Counted from the first letter of the stretch, positions 25,293 through 33,909 are shown. The stretch: DNA of 39,017 nucleotides from Candidatus Onthoplasma sp. (GCA_045538675.1 JAZSRW010000041.1:1-39017); one strand, 5' to 3'. Notes: generated by a model not told the origin, from the sequence alone. Translations and numbers: made by a program.

Positions 25293-25321
25293 ATTATATA
25301 ACATTTTGTAACATTTGTAAA
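25293..25321 (-). promoter_or_regulatory. Sigma-A-type promoter, class I
   Basis: The reverse complement reads AAAATCGCTTTACA AATGTTACAAAATGTTA TATAAT. Confidence 0.6.
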
Positions 25322-25461
25322 GCGATTTTAATAACTTTTTTAAAAAATATGCATATTTTTAGACATTAATTTTTCAATTTTTGCAGATTTTTGGACATAA
25401 AAAAAGAGTAAGGTCGTTAAATAAAATATAGGACAGGGGTATTCCTTATTTTCCTTGCTCT

Positions 25462-25506
25462 CAAGAAAAGGATTTATCCACATATACACAATTTCTATGT
25501 GGATAA
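25462..25506 (-). terminator. Terminator hairpin after the adhesin operon; both arms are DnaA-box consensus
   Basis: 11-bp perfect inverted repeat TTATCCACATA / TATGTGGATAA with an 11-nt loop, followed by CCUUUUCUU on the minus strand. Confidence 0.55.
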
Positions 25507-25552
25507 CCGCACACTTCACGTTATTGTGTTATTTGGTGGCGGAATTTACATT

Positions 25553-25798
25553 TTATTCGTTAGATTGTATTTCTTCTCTTTCCTTTTCCAATTCTTCATT
25601 CAACTTCTCGGCATCGCCATACACCGCCTTAAATCGTCTATCAAGTTCTGCGTCACTCGTCATAGGCATTGCCACGTGAGTTGTGTATTGGCGTTCTTCT
25701 TCGTCAATATCATAGAAGCAATATCCCACTTCTGCGGTCAACTCTAGGTAGTTGTTAAATCTGCCTTGAATTTCTTTTTTAATAATTCCGTATTCCAT
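25553..25798 (-). CDS. Hypothetical 81-aa protein, last gene of the adhesin operon
   Basis: RBS is AGGAG. Confidence 0.6.
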   Translation of the reverse strand: MEYGIIKKEIQGRFNNYLELTAEVGYCFYDIDEEERQYTTHVAMPMTSDAELDRRFKAVYGDAEKLNEELEKEREEIQSNE

Positions 25799-25807
25799 AA
25801 TTAACTC

Positions 25808-26530
25808 CTATTCAAAATAATAAACATCTATTTGTGTAAAATTACTAGCAACTAGACTACATGGCGTATTGTTATTGTAAAATATCCATTCAGTGTCAGT
25901 AATAAATATTTTACTACTATAAAATATACTTTCATCATACGCTGTTGCAATTTTATACATAATACTATTTGATAGAGTAGTATTTAAAAAATCAGGGGTA
26001 CTTGAAGAAAATATAAAAGTAGTATCTCCTTTTCGTACTGGATATAGTTCTACTATTTGGTTTGCATACAAAATCTCTTTACTCGAGTAAGTGCCAATGG
26101 TTAAACTTCCGTCAGTTCCAAATATTAATTTTTTCCCTATACCGTCGTAGACAGATTTAAGAGTGGTTCCATTTTTCTTTATTACTATTTTAAATATTTT
26201 ATCAAATAACTCACTAATTCTAGCCATATTAGTTGCATTATCATTTGCTAATAAACTTTCAACCTTTAATACCTTTCCACCAGTAGGTAAGTTATTAACA
26301 GTGTCAATAACTTCTTCTAAACTGGTATTAATACTATCGACACTTGAATTTAAAGTACTAATATTGCTTTCAATTTCAGTATCTTTGTTTTGTAATTCAA
26401 CATCTTTAGTTTCCAATGCTGTAATACGATTATTTATTGCCTCTACATCTATATTTGCCTTACTTGCTAAAGTTTGTTGTATTGCTTCAATTTTTTCATT
26501 GTTTTGTTGCAATCTTTCTTGATTAGTCAT
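25808..26530 (-). CDS. Coiled-coil fibre/adhesin with a globular C-terminal domain
   Basis: The N-terminal about 80 aa is heptad-rich and ends in NNLP (the neighbouring gene ends its coiled coil in DELP). The C-terminal 150 aa is beta-rich. Confidence 0.5.
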   Translation of the reverse strand: MTNQERLQQNNEKIEAIQQTLASKANIDVEAINNRITALETKDVELQNKDTEIESNISTLNSSVDSINTSLEEVIDTVNNLPTGGKVLKVESLLANDNATNMARISELFDKIFKIVIKKNGTTLKSVYDGIGKKLIFGTDGSLTIGTYSSKEILYANQIVELYPVRKGDTTFIFSSSTPDFLNTTLSNSIMYKIATAYDESIFYSSKIFITDTEWIFYNNNTPCSLVASNFTQIDVYYFE

Positions 26531-26543
26531 TTTCTACCTCCCT

Positions 26544-27704
26544 CTACGCAATCTGCCAATTCTTAACCGTTGTTACGTATTCGGTTATAAGCATTGCACC
26601 CTCATCAGTGCTTTCACACACTACAAATGGTGCTTTATTGTCAATATATTCATCTTCCGCACGCATTTCGTCTGTTATGTCGATTAATTTAACATATACG
26701 TTTGCAAGTTTTTCTAAATTTGTTGTACCAACAGTCCACTTTCTTGTGCTTGTTGTTGTGTTAATCCACAATTCTTTGATAGTGTTTAATAAAGTGTCTA
26801 AAGTTGCTAAATTTACACTGCTTATGCTTCCTGTGTATCTTATGTTTTTTAATGTAAATGTTTCTAGTTCTTTATTACCTGAAAAAGGTGCAATAGTACT
26901 GCCACTAGACAGACTTATGCAATCTAATATTCCTATAATGTTTTTTAGTTTAGAACAATTCATAAACGTACTGCCCATATTCGTTACTTTACTTGTATCA
27001 AAACTGCTTAAATCAATGCTTGTTAGGTTTTCGCAACCATTGAACATTACACGCATATTTGTTAGTTTGCTTGTATCAAAACCGCTTAAATCAATGCTTG
27101 TTAGGTTTTTACAATTACCAAACATATACTCCATAGTTGTTACTTGGCTTGTATCAAAACCGCTTAAGTCAATGCTTGTTAACGCATAACAGTTATAAAC
27201 CAAATACTCCATTTTTTTTACTTTGCTAGTGTTAAAACTGCTTAAATCAATGCTTGTTAGGTTTTTACAATCGGCAAACGTGTGTGACATACTTGTTACT
27301 TGGCTTGTGTCTAATTTTTTAATAAATGGTAAACTTTCTCCACCATAATAATAGAACAAATAATCACACGACTTGTCTAGGTCAATTCTTTCCTGCAACA
27401 TATCTTTGTAAATTCCTGAAACTTTCTCGCCACTTGCATTAAAGAACTCTTTGCCTTGCAATACATCTTCTTCGGTTGCTGTTGTACTTGACAAATCTAT
27501 TTGGTTTGGCAACTCATCAACTGCACTTTGCAATTCCGCCAATAAAGTGTCTTGCTCGTTCAATTCAGCATCTAGATTTTCCTTAATATCGTGCATTTTA
27601 GTTGTAAAGTCTTGCGGATTAATTGGCTCGCTCGTTTGTGTTAGTGTTCTTAATGTGTCTGCAATATCCGTAACAAAATCTTTTAAATTATCATTTTTCG
27701 CCAC
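26544..27704 (-). CDS. BspA/DUF285-type leucine-rich-repeat adhesin with an N-terminal coiled coil
   Basis: 26-residue repeats CKNLTSIDLSxFDTSKVTNMxxMFxx occur at least 4 times. GTG start after GGAGG. Confidence 0.75.
   Translation of the reverse strand: MAKNDNLKDFVTDIADTLRTLTQTSEPINPQDFTTKMHDIKENLDAELNEQDTLLAELQSAVDELPNQIDLSSTTATEEDVLQGKEFFNASGEKVSGIYKDMLQERIDLDKSCDYLFYYYGGESLPFIKKLDTSQVTSMSHTFADCKNLTSIDLSSFNTSKVKKMEYLVYNCYALTSIDLSGFDTSQVTTMEYMFGNCKNLTSIDLSGFDTSKLTNMRVMFNGCENLTSIDLSSFDTSKVTNMGSTFMNCSKLKNIIGILDCISLSSGSTIAPFSGNKELETFTLKNIRYTGSISSVNLATLDTLLNTIKELWINTTTSTRKWTVGTTNLEKLANVYVKLIDITDEMRAEDEYIDNKAPFVVCESTDEGAMLITEYVTTVKNWQIA
26950..27300. repeat. Tandem 78-bp coding repeats (approximate bounds)
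   Basis: The core cttaaatcaatgcttgttaggtttt recurs at 27007, 27085, 27163 (variant) and 27241, an exact 78-bp period. Confidence 0.85.
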
Positions 27705-27705
27705 G

Positions 27706-29850
27706 TTACACCTCCGTATTTAGAACGCTTGTAATTGAGTTCGCTATTTGCTCTTGCACATACGCCTCCGTTTCAGCCTTTGTGTAATACTTGCTTCCGC
27801 CACCTTTAATACTACGAATGGTTATGCTCGGTATTTCATAAGGCACTGGAACACTTCTACCATAAGTTATTAAAGTTTTATTTTCCTCTTGCATATCTTG
27901 TATAGCAATCAGTATGTCGTTATATTCATTTGAAGATATATTTTCAATAAATATTACAACTTGTCCTGGCAACCCAAACACACTCCCGTCCATTGCTAGT
28001 GCATTTTTTTCCATAACAGCACCGTCAATTTCAAATTCCAGTGTGTAGGTAGTTCCAACACTTAAACCAATAGAATATTCATTTCCATCGCTGTCCACTA
28101 ACCACTCAAACAAAGAACCATCAACATCATCAACTGTTCCGCCATTTATCGTAAGTGGACTAACTTTTAATAAACTCTCTCCATCGGAGCCAAACAACTC
28201 GTTAATACCTAACCACTTTTGAGCCTTTACCTTTTCGTCTTCTGTAAGAGTATATTTGTTTGTGGTAACACCTACTTTGACCGCATAATCCAATCCATTT
28301 GGTGTAATAGGACGATAAAAATGCCTATTATTAATATCGGTTTCTCCAGCAGGATAAATCCTTAAAGAACCGCCTTCTTCAGTTCTAACACCGTGATTTG
28401 CATTAGCGACAATCACACCCGCAACTGTACTAGTGGCATAATCCGTTTTCTTGACATAGTCTGCTAAATCAACCTTTTGTGTTTCCAAATAACTAAGCCT
28501 ATAATATCCAATCTGAACCGTACCATTGTTTAATAATTCATTTACAAAAGCATCATCATCAATATAAGTGTAATCAACCCTTGTTTCCTCAACATAAGCA
28601 ACCCACACATCTGGAATACCCGTTTGAACAATGAAAATATCTTGACCTCTTTTAAGTTCCGTTGAAGTCATAGCATTTATAGACGCCACCATTTCCGCAT
28701 AACTTTCATACGTCAATGCTTTACTCGCACCATTAAATCTTTCGTCTACATAATCTTCAGAAGACGCACCAATTAAATTTCTTGCATTTGCCTTATCTTC
28801 AGCCGTCCACTCCTCTCCGTTTGCTGTCAAACTAGATTTAACAGCATAATCCAAAAGATGTGATGTAAGAGGATTTCTAGTATTATTCTTTAAATCAATT
28901 TGACTTTTTGTCGCTGGAACGATATATATTTGCCCAGTATAATCACCTATCCCAGAACCTATACCATTATCTGACCTAACAATAACAACACCTGCTTTTG
29001 TACTAGTGGCATAATCCGTTTCTCCAACAGCACCAATTAAACTCCTAGCAGATTGCTTTTCTTCATCTGTAAATGTTTCCTTATTTGTAGTCAATCCAAC
29101 CTTTATAGCATAATCTAAATTAGTCGGCGTTACTGGTCTTGATGAATTTCTATTGTTTATATCATTAACGTACGCAGGACACACTCCCATTGACTTGTCA
29201 GAACTATATTGTAAACCATTATAAGTACTACTAATTTTAGATATTCCAAAATCTTGATAAGTAGCATAATCCGTCTTACCAACCTTATCATTCCAGTTCG
29301 CAACATCTTGCTCCGTTATCGCCTTTACGTGTTCTGGCACTGTAGGGTCTGTTTCTTTGCTAACAATTCCTAGTTCTTGAGTTGTTTTATTTCCAACTAA
29401 TTCAACACCATTAATACTTGGTTTATTATCTAAATAGTTATAGTCAGTAGTTCCACCACCAGTTCCAAGTTCTTTAAGTAATCTAATTTGTAATATCTCA
29501 CCAGTTCTTTCACCAGCACCGCTTTCCGTTAATCTTGTTGTACTTTTAGTTCTATATACATAGTGTTTTTCTATTAAAGAACCACTAACACTTCCATCAT
29601 CTAGTAACAATCTTACTTGCACTTCACTTGTGGTGTCAGGTTTAAGCGAAAATGTATCTTCTTCAGTTAATGGAACAATAAAAGCATCTTCTTGCATACT
29701 CCATTGTACATCTCCGCCCTCGCCATAATATTTATATATCTCGCCAATAACAAATTCGCCTTTTACTACTTTATCTGCCTTTACAACTTTACCGCTATCG
29801 TCTAAAACTTGTATTGGCTTTAAATATGTATTACCTTGCAAAAATGACAT
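27706..29850 (-). CDS. Large tail fibre/adhesin (714 aa) with three internal modules of about 80 aa
   Basis: Repeats have the form TDYAT..AGV...I.PA...I......P.T...LDYA(V/I)K.G.T.N....T.EEK..A...(I/L)G. It has its own promoter and a strong RBS. Confidence 0.65.
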   Translation of the reverse strand: MSFLQGNTYLKPIQVLDDSGKVVKADKVVKGEFVIGEIYKYYGEGGDVQWSMQEDAFIVPLTEEDTFSLKPDTTSEVQVRLLLDDGSVSGSLIEKHYVYRTKSTTRLTESGAGERTGEILQIRLLKELGTGGGTTDYNYLDNKPSINGVELVGNKTTQELGIVSKETDPTVPEHVKAITEQDVANWNDKVGKTDYATYQDFGISKISSTYNGLQYSSDKSMGVCPAYVNDINNRNSSRPVTPTNLDYAIKVGLTTNKETFTDEEKQSARSLIGAVGETDYATSTKAGVVIVRSDNGIGSGIGDYTGQIYIVPATKSQIDLKNNTRNPLTSHLLDYAVKSSLTANGEEWTAEDKANARNLIGASSEDYVDERFNGASKALTYESYAEMVASINAMTSTELKRGQDIFIVQTGIPDVWVAYVEETRVDYTYIDDDAFVNELLNNGTVQIGYYRLSYLETQKVDLADYVKKTDYATSTVAGVIVANANHGVRTEEGGSLRIYPAGETDINNRHFYRPITPNGLDYAVKVGVTTNKYTLTEDEKVKAQKWLGINELFGSDGESLLKVSPLTINGGTVDDVDGSLFEWLVDSDGNEYSIGLSVGTTYTLEFEIDGAVMEKNALAMDGSVFGLPGQVVIFIENISSNEYNDILIAIQDMQEENKTLITYGRSVPVPYEIPSITIRSIKGGGSKYYTKAETEAYVQEQIANSITSVLNTEV

Positions 29851-29870
29851 AACAATATCTCCTTATGTAT

Positions 29871-29899
29871 ATAATATCATAATTTCAGTTAAATGTCAA
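29871..29899 (-). promoter_or_regulatory. Sigma-A-type promoter, class II, for the adhesin operon
   Basis: The reverse complement reads TTGACA TTTAACTGAAATTATGA TATTAT. Confidence 0.55.
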
Positions 29900-29927
29900 A
29901 TAAAATAGAGATAGTCGCACTATCCCT
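29898..29927 (-). terminator. Terminator hairpin overlapping the -35 of the next promoter
   Basis: Minus-strand AGGGAUAGU-GCG-ACUAUCUCU forms 9 bp including 1 G-U pair, followed by AUUUUAUUU. Confidence 0.5.
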
Positions 29928-30013
29928 ATTAAATCGTCCGTCAGTGGACTAGACTGCAATAACTGATGAATTCTAACACTTTTTTGTTGCTGTACGTGTA
30001 TCATTGCTTACAC
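29898..30013 (-). ncRNA. Candidate short transcript C (about 115 nt), noncoding
   Basis: Lies between the promoter at 30020..30048 and the terminator at 29898..29927. No RBS or ORF is present. Confidence 0.35.
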
Positions 30014-30019
30014 ATATAT

Positions 30020-30048
30020 ATTCTATCATAAAATCTCTAAAAAGTCAA
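30020..30048 (-). promoter_or_regulatory. Sigma-A-type promoter, class II
   Basis: The reverse complement reads TTGACT TTTTAGAGATTTTATGA TAGAAT, very similar to the promoter at 895..923. Confidence 0.55.
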
Positions 30049-30049
30049 A

Positions 30050-30565
30050 CTATCGTGCCAAGTATTTTAAAATATAGTAACCACAATCATAATCAGTTCC
30101 TTGCCAATATCCTTGTAATACTTCATTTGCATAATTTAAGGCAATATATCTCAATTCAGCATTTCCACTTTCATACAATGTTTTAAATGTCTTATAACTA
30201 ACCCAAGTTTCGTTTAATGTACAATACTTCAAGTGCGTTAACTCGTGTGTATAAGTTACAACATAATCTTCTATATTCAAATTAGTGTTTATTTCAACTT
30301 TTCGATATAATATAACTGACCTGCCAAACCCATCAATATCTTTTTCTTTGTATATGTGCGGTGTTTTAACTAGTTTACTTATTAGTTTCTTTGCAGAACT
30401 CTTGTCTAATGTTATATTTACTTGCTGATTGTATAATTGAGTGTATTCATATTCTTTTGGTTTATAATTTCTATAACTTAACTTTGAATACCCTATTATA
30501 CTCCAAAAGTATGCATTTAATACAATAAGTATTAAAATAATTATTATTTTGCGTTTACTCAACAT
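30050..30565 (-). CDS. Membrane-anchored HExxH (zincin-like) protein, 171 aa
   Basis: ATG 30565 follows AAGGAGA. It has an N-terminal TM (KIIIILILIVLNAYFWSIIGY) and the motif YTHELTHLKY. Confidence 0.6.
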   Translation of the reverse strand: MLSKRKIIIILILIVLNAYFWSIIGYSKLSYRNYKPKEYEYTQLYNQQVNITLDKSSAKKLISKLVKTPHIYKEKDIDGFGRSVILYRKVEINTNLNIEDYVVTYTHELTHLKYCTLNETWVSYKTFKTLYESGNAELRYIALNYANEVLQGYWQGTDYDCGYYILKYLAR

Positions 30566-30878
30566 TATCTCCTTGTATTTGACTTTTAACCTCATAAATA
30601 ATATCTTCAACTGGCTTATCACCCATTGTGTATTCCATCATAAACTTATCTACAAATTTTTCACACACTTCCTTTCTCACTTGCTTGGTGTAGTCGGTAA
30701 GGGATTGGATTGGACAGGTTTTAGGACTTGTTTGATTACCATAAAGGATATTGCCCAAACTTCCATTAAAATAACAAGCAACTTCGTGTTTACCTTTACC
30801 GTGTGCATCTTTTTCAAAATACTCGCAAAAAGGACATTCCTCACAACTCTTTGGTAATTCATCTACATACACTTTCAT
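30555..30878 (-). CDS. Cys-rich hypothetical protein (CxxCxxC)
   Basis: RBS is AAGGAGAA. The sequence includes KSCEECPFCEYF. Confidence 0.65.
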   Translation of the reverse strand: MKVYVDELPKSCEECPFCEYFEKDAHGKGKHEVACYFNGSLGNILYGNQTSPKTCPIQSLTDYTKQVRKEVCEKFVDKFMMEYTMGDKPVEDIIYEVKSQIQGDNVE

Positions 30879-30890
30879 TTATTTTTCTCC

Positions 30891-31151
30891 TTACTCTTCA
30901 ACTTTCTCGACAATATTTGTTGGTAATTTATGTAAAACTTCAATATTTATTTCCATCAAATCGTCTGCGATTTTAATATCACTACCATATTTTTTCTCTA
31001 ATGTTTTAACGATACCAAAAATAAATTCCATCATTTCATTTTCATCAAGTTTTCGTTTATCGGTAATAATATTTTTAGAATTTACAGAACACAAATAAAC
31101 ATCTTTTGTTATTGGTGAATTAAATATTTTTACATTATCTAATTTACTCAT
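30891..31151 (-). CDS. Hypothetical protein
   Basis: RBS is GGAGGAAG. Confidence 0.6.
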   Translation of the reverse strand: MSKLDNVKIFNSPITKDVYLCSVNSKNIITDKRKLDENEMMEFIFGIVKTLEKKYGSDIKIADDLMEINIEVLHKLPTNIVEKVEE

Positions 31152-31152
31152 A

Positions 31153-31320
31153 CTATTCTTCCTCCAATTCTTGCAATCTTTGTGCTATATATTGTAATCT
31201 TAAACCATACCTTTCAAGAGTTTCGTAGTCATAATAACAAGTTATATTGTTTATAACTTGTTCTAAATCTTCTAAACATTCTTCCTTTGTCGCTGTATCA
31301 TATTCATATAAATTAACCAT
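31153..31320 (-). CDS. Small 55-aa ORF (below the track cutoff)
   Basis: ATG 31320 follows GGAGAA and fills the gap exactly. Translation starts MVNLYEYDTATKEECLEDLEQVINNITCYYDYETLERYGL... Confidence 0.5.
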   Translation of the reverse strand: MVNLYEYDTATKEECLEDLEQVINNITCYYDYETLERYGLRLQYIAQRLQELEEE

Positions 31321-31321
31321 A

Positions 31322-31744
31322 CTATTCTCCTTTATCTTTTAAAATGCTAATATCATAACCTTTTTCAATAAAATCAATGCAAAGTTTACGATTACAACCA
31401 TTTCCTAACTCGGCATAAATTATTTCAATATCATCAGTTGTAAAATGTGTTCCTAAAAATTTATTTATTCCTTGTAAATGATAAGTATATATTTCTTCAC
31501 CAGTTTCCCTATCTCTCCAATTTTGACCTGCATAAGTAAATCCTTTAAATGCTGGTCTTGATAGATACTCTAAAACCTTACATTTTAATTCTAATTCGTT
31601 TGATATATTATCAAGTCTAAAATAACTATTCACACATACTTTATCGGCATAATATAAACATATAAATTCATTACATTCATTAATAAAACTATTAGGAAAA
31701 CAATTGTGTAAATGTTGTTCTATCAAAGTTCCCTTTATTTCCAT
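31322..31744 (-). CDS. Hypothetical protein (140 aa)
   Basis: ATG 31744 follows AAGGAGAG. The track start at 31762 lies inside the upstream gene. Confidence 0.6.
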   Translation of the reverse strand: MEIKGTLIEQHLHNCFPNSFINECNEFICLYYADKVCVNSYFRLDNISNELELKCKVLEYLSRPAFKGFTYAGQNWRDRETGEEIYTYHLQGINKFLGTHFTTDDIEIIYAELGNGCNRKLCIDFIEKGYDISILKDKGE

Positions 31745-31745
31745 A

Positions 31746-32021
31746 CTACTCTCCTTTATCATCTTCTAATTGCTTTTCATAATCTGATTTTGTTATGTAC
31801 TCAATAATTAGTTCGTTATCTCCACATAACATAACTTGCAAGATATACACATCTTGCTCATATATTCTAGGACTTTTAGAAAAAGCAACTTCAGCCATTG
31901 GGCTTTTCATATGAAATCTAACAATCTTGCTTTTTGCATTACTTTTTATAAGAGTTCCACTTATAGAGTTAAATGTAAAGTTTTGTCTAAAAGAGTGGTC
32001 TGCACTATAAGAATTAAACAT
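31746..32021 (-). CDS. Hypothetical protein
   Basis: RBS is AAGGAGG. Confidence 0.6.
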   Translation of the reverse strand: MFNSYSADHSFRQNFTFNSISGTLIKSNAKSKIVRFHMKSPMAEVAFSKSPRIYEQDVYILQVMLCGDNELIIEYITKSDYEKQLEDDKGE

Positions 32022-32051
32022 TAAAACCTCCTTTATCTTCGTGTTGGTGGG

Positions 32052-32333
32052 TTAGTTCATATCTCTATAATTATTCAATGTTTTTATAAACCAATGAAAA
32101 TCTTTTAACTTTTGTTCTTCTTCGCTTGTTTTTAAGTTATCTTCTATTTTATTGTAAAAAGCATTTAAAACATTCGCCAACATCTTCATTTGGTCTTCAT
32201 CGTGTTCATCAAATTCATAGTTAAAACCTTTACCACCTACAAAAATTTTTTTACCAGTCATACTACCTATACTAAAAGTAACTTGTGTAAAAACTCCATA
32301 AAAAATTTTTTTAAATATCTCTTTATCGTACAT
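32052..32333 (-). CDS. Hypothetical protein
   Basis: RBS is GGAGATAA. Confidence 0.6.
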   Translation of the reverse strand: MYDKEIFKKIFYGVFTQVTFSIGSMTGKKIFVGGKGFNYEFDEHDEDQMKMLANVLNAFYNKIEDNLKTSEEEQKLKDFHWFIKTLNNYRDMN

Positions 32334-32334
32334 C

Positions 32335-32826
32335 CTACTTTATCTCCTTTAATTGCTTGATTTGGTTGTCGACAAACTTATCTAATTCAACTGCATTTAT
32401 ATAGCAATTTTTTCTGAAATCAATATCAGCAAACTCTTTCACTTTTTCCAATTCCTTAATCGTAAACTCGATTCTATCCTTTTTGTTCCATTTTGCCCAC
32501 TTAGTTTCTCTATCAGATAATTCTTGCTTTTTGTCGGCGAGTTGCTGTTTGAGTTTGTCTATTTCTAGTTCACTCAATTTTAATTTTCTTTCATAAGGTT
32601 GTAGAAACTCGCACATTTCAGTTGCGGTTTCATGTTTTTGTCTAAAAACATTTTGATAGGTAAATATCAGCCTTTCACTCTCTGCAAGTTTTACTTCTAG
32701 GTCGGCTACACGATTTTTAAGTGTTTCGTTTTCTTGTTTTAATGATTTTATTTGATTTTTAAATTTACTTTCAGCACCTCTATAACTTCCATCTAATAGA
32801 AACTTAATTGCATCTAAATCACTCAC
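32335..32826 (-). CDS. Coiled-coil hypothetical protein
   Basis: The GTG start overlaps the upstream stop. The sequence is heptad-rich. Confidence 0.55.
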   Translation of the reverse strand: MSDLDAIKFLLDGSYRGAESKFKNQIKSLKQENETLKNRVADLEVKLAESERLIFTYQNVFRQKHETATEMCEFLQPYERKLKLSELEIDKLKQQLADKKQELSDRETKWAKWNKKDRIEFTIKELEKVKEFADIDFRKNCYINAVELDKFVDNQIKQLKEIK

Positions 32827-33304
32827 TTTTCATCATCTCCTTTGCTTTAGTTTTGAAATAATCTATATTTGTTTGTCTGCAATTTTTAGCAAATTCACTA
32901 TCTTCTAAACTCACATAAAAATTTACTGCCAATTCAAGTGCTTTTTCAAGTATTTTAATTTGATGGTCTTTTTTCGTAACCATATTAGCCAATCCTGAAT
33001 TTGATTGTGCAATCATTTCTGCATCTTCTATTCTTTGTGATAGTTGATCTTGGAGTTGTGCTATTTCTTTATCTTTATCTTTGCAAGCCTTTAAAATAAG
33101 TTTTCCACAAGCATCTTCAAGCCTTTCATAAATAAGATTGACATCTTTAACTTCTTCCCACTCTCCAGCACCATTTCTAAATTGATTTTTAATCTTATGT
33201 TTAACATCACTATAAAGTATTTGGATTTTATATTCTGGTTTATCGTTCCAATCGTTGCTATCGTGATTTAATATCACTCTAAAATACTTATCTAATTTAC
33301 TCAT
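32819..33304 (-). CDS. Coiled-coil hypothetical protein
   Basis: RBS is AGGAGAAAG. Confidence 0.6.
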   Translation of the reverse strand: MSKLDKYFRVILNHDSNDWNDKPEYKIQILYSDVKHKIKNQFRNGAGEWEEVKDVNLIYERLEDACGKLILKACKDKDKEIAQLQDQLSQRIEDAEMIAQSNSGLANMVTKKDHQIKILEKALELAVNFYVSLEDSEFAKNCRQTNIDYFKTKAKEMMKSE

Positions 33305-33854
33305 AACTTTCTCCTAAAAATAATTCTTTGCATTTTTTACAAGCAAGTATGTAGTTTTCTTTGGTTAATTCATATTTTTCACAAATATAATCTCCTTGTA
33401 TTCCCTCTTCAAATAAACAAATCATTTTTGGTGTTGTGTATTGTGTTTTTAGTAATTTGTATCTTATTCCAACATCATCATAAAACCCCACTTCATTACC
33501 CTCAATAAACTTTTCATCTTTAATAAACTCTTCCCAAGTTGGTAAATCTAAATAAGTAGTTTTAGCAACCCTTTTAAACTCTACATCAAACTTTGTTTCT
33601 TCCAAATCTTCATAAATGTCTTGTAATTTTGCAATTCCCTCGTCATATTGCCCAATTTCTTCTCTTAAAACTCTATTTTCTTGTTCGGGTAAACTAAAAT
33701 CGTATGTATCATAACCAATAATATGTTTCTTTTTATCTAACACCAAACTGCCTATATATCTAATATTTTTATTCACCCAGTTTGTTTCTATGTAATAAAT
33801 AGTACCGCCTTTCTCTATAAGTTCTTGCAATCTTTCCTTTGAAATCACTTTCAC
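33297..33854 (-). CDS. Hypothetical protein (185 aa)
   Basis: GTG start after AAAGGAGAG. Confidence 0.6.
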   Translation of the reverse strand: MKVISKERLQELIEKGGTIYYIETNWVNKNIRYIGSLVLDKKKHIIGYDTYDFSLPEQENRVLREEIGQYDEGIAKLQDIYEDLEETKFDVEFKRVAKTTYLDLPTWEEFIKDEKFIEGNEVGFYDDVGIRYKLLKTQYTTPKMICLFEEGIQGDYICEKYELTKENYILACKKCKELFLGESYE

Positions 33855-33909
33855 ATCTCTCCTTTCACTTTAATATGCCCTTATTTCGCATTCTTTGGCA
33901 CTTTCTAGC

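Noticed and set aside
26950-27300. Regular 78-bp repeats considered as a possible CRISPR-like array or DGR template/variable repeat pair.
   Set aside because: The repeats are in frame inside one long ORF and encode the 26-residue BspA/DUF285 LRR unit. There are no unique spacers, no reverse transcriptase gene anywhere in the genome, and no A-specific mismatch pattern between copies.
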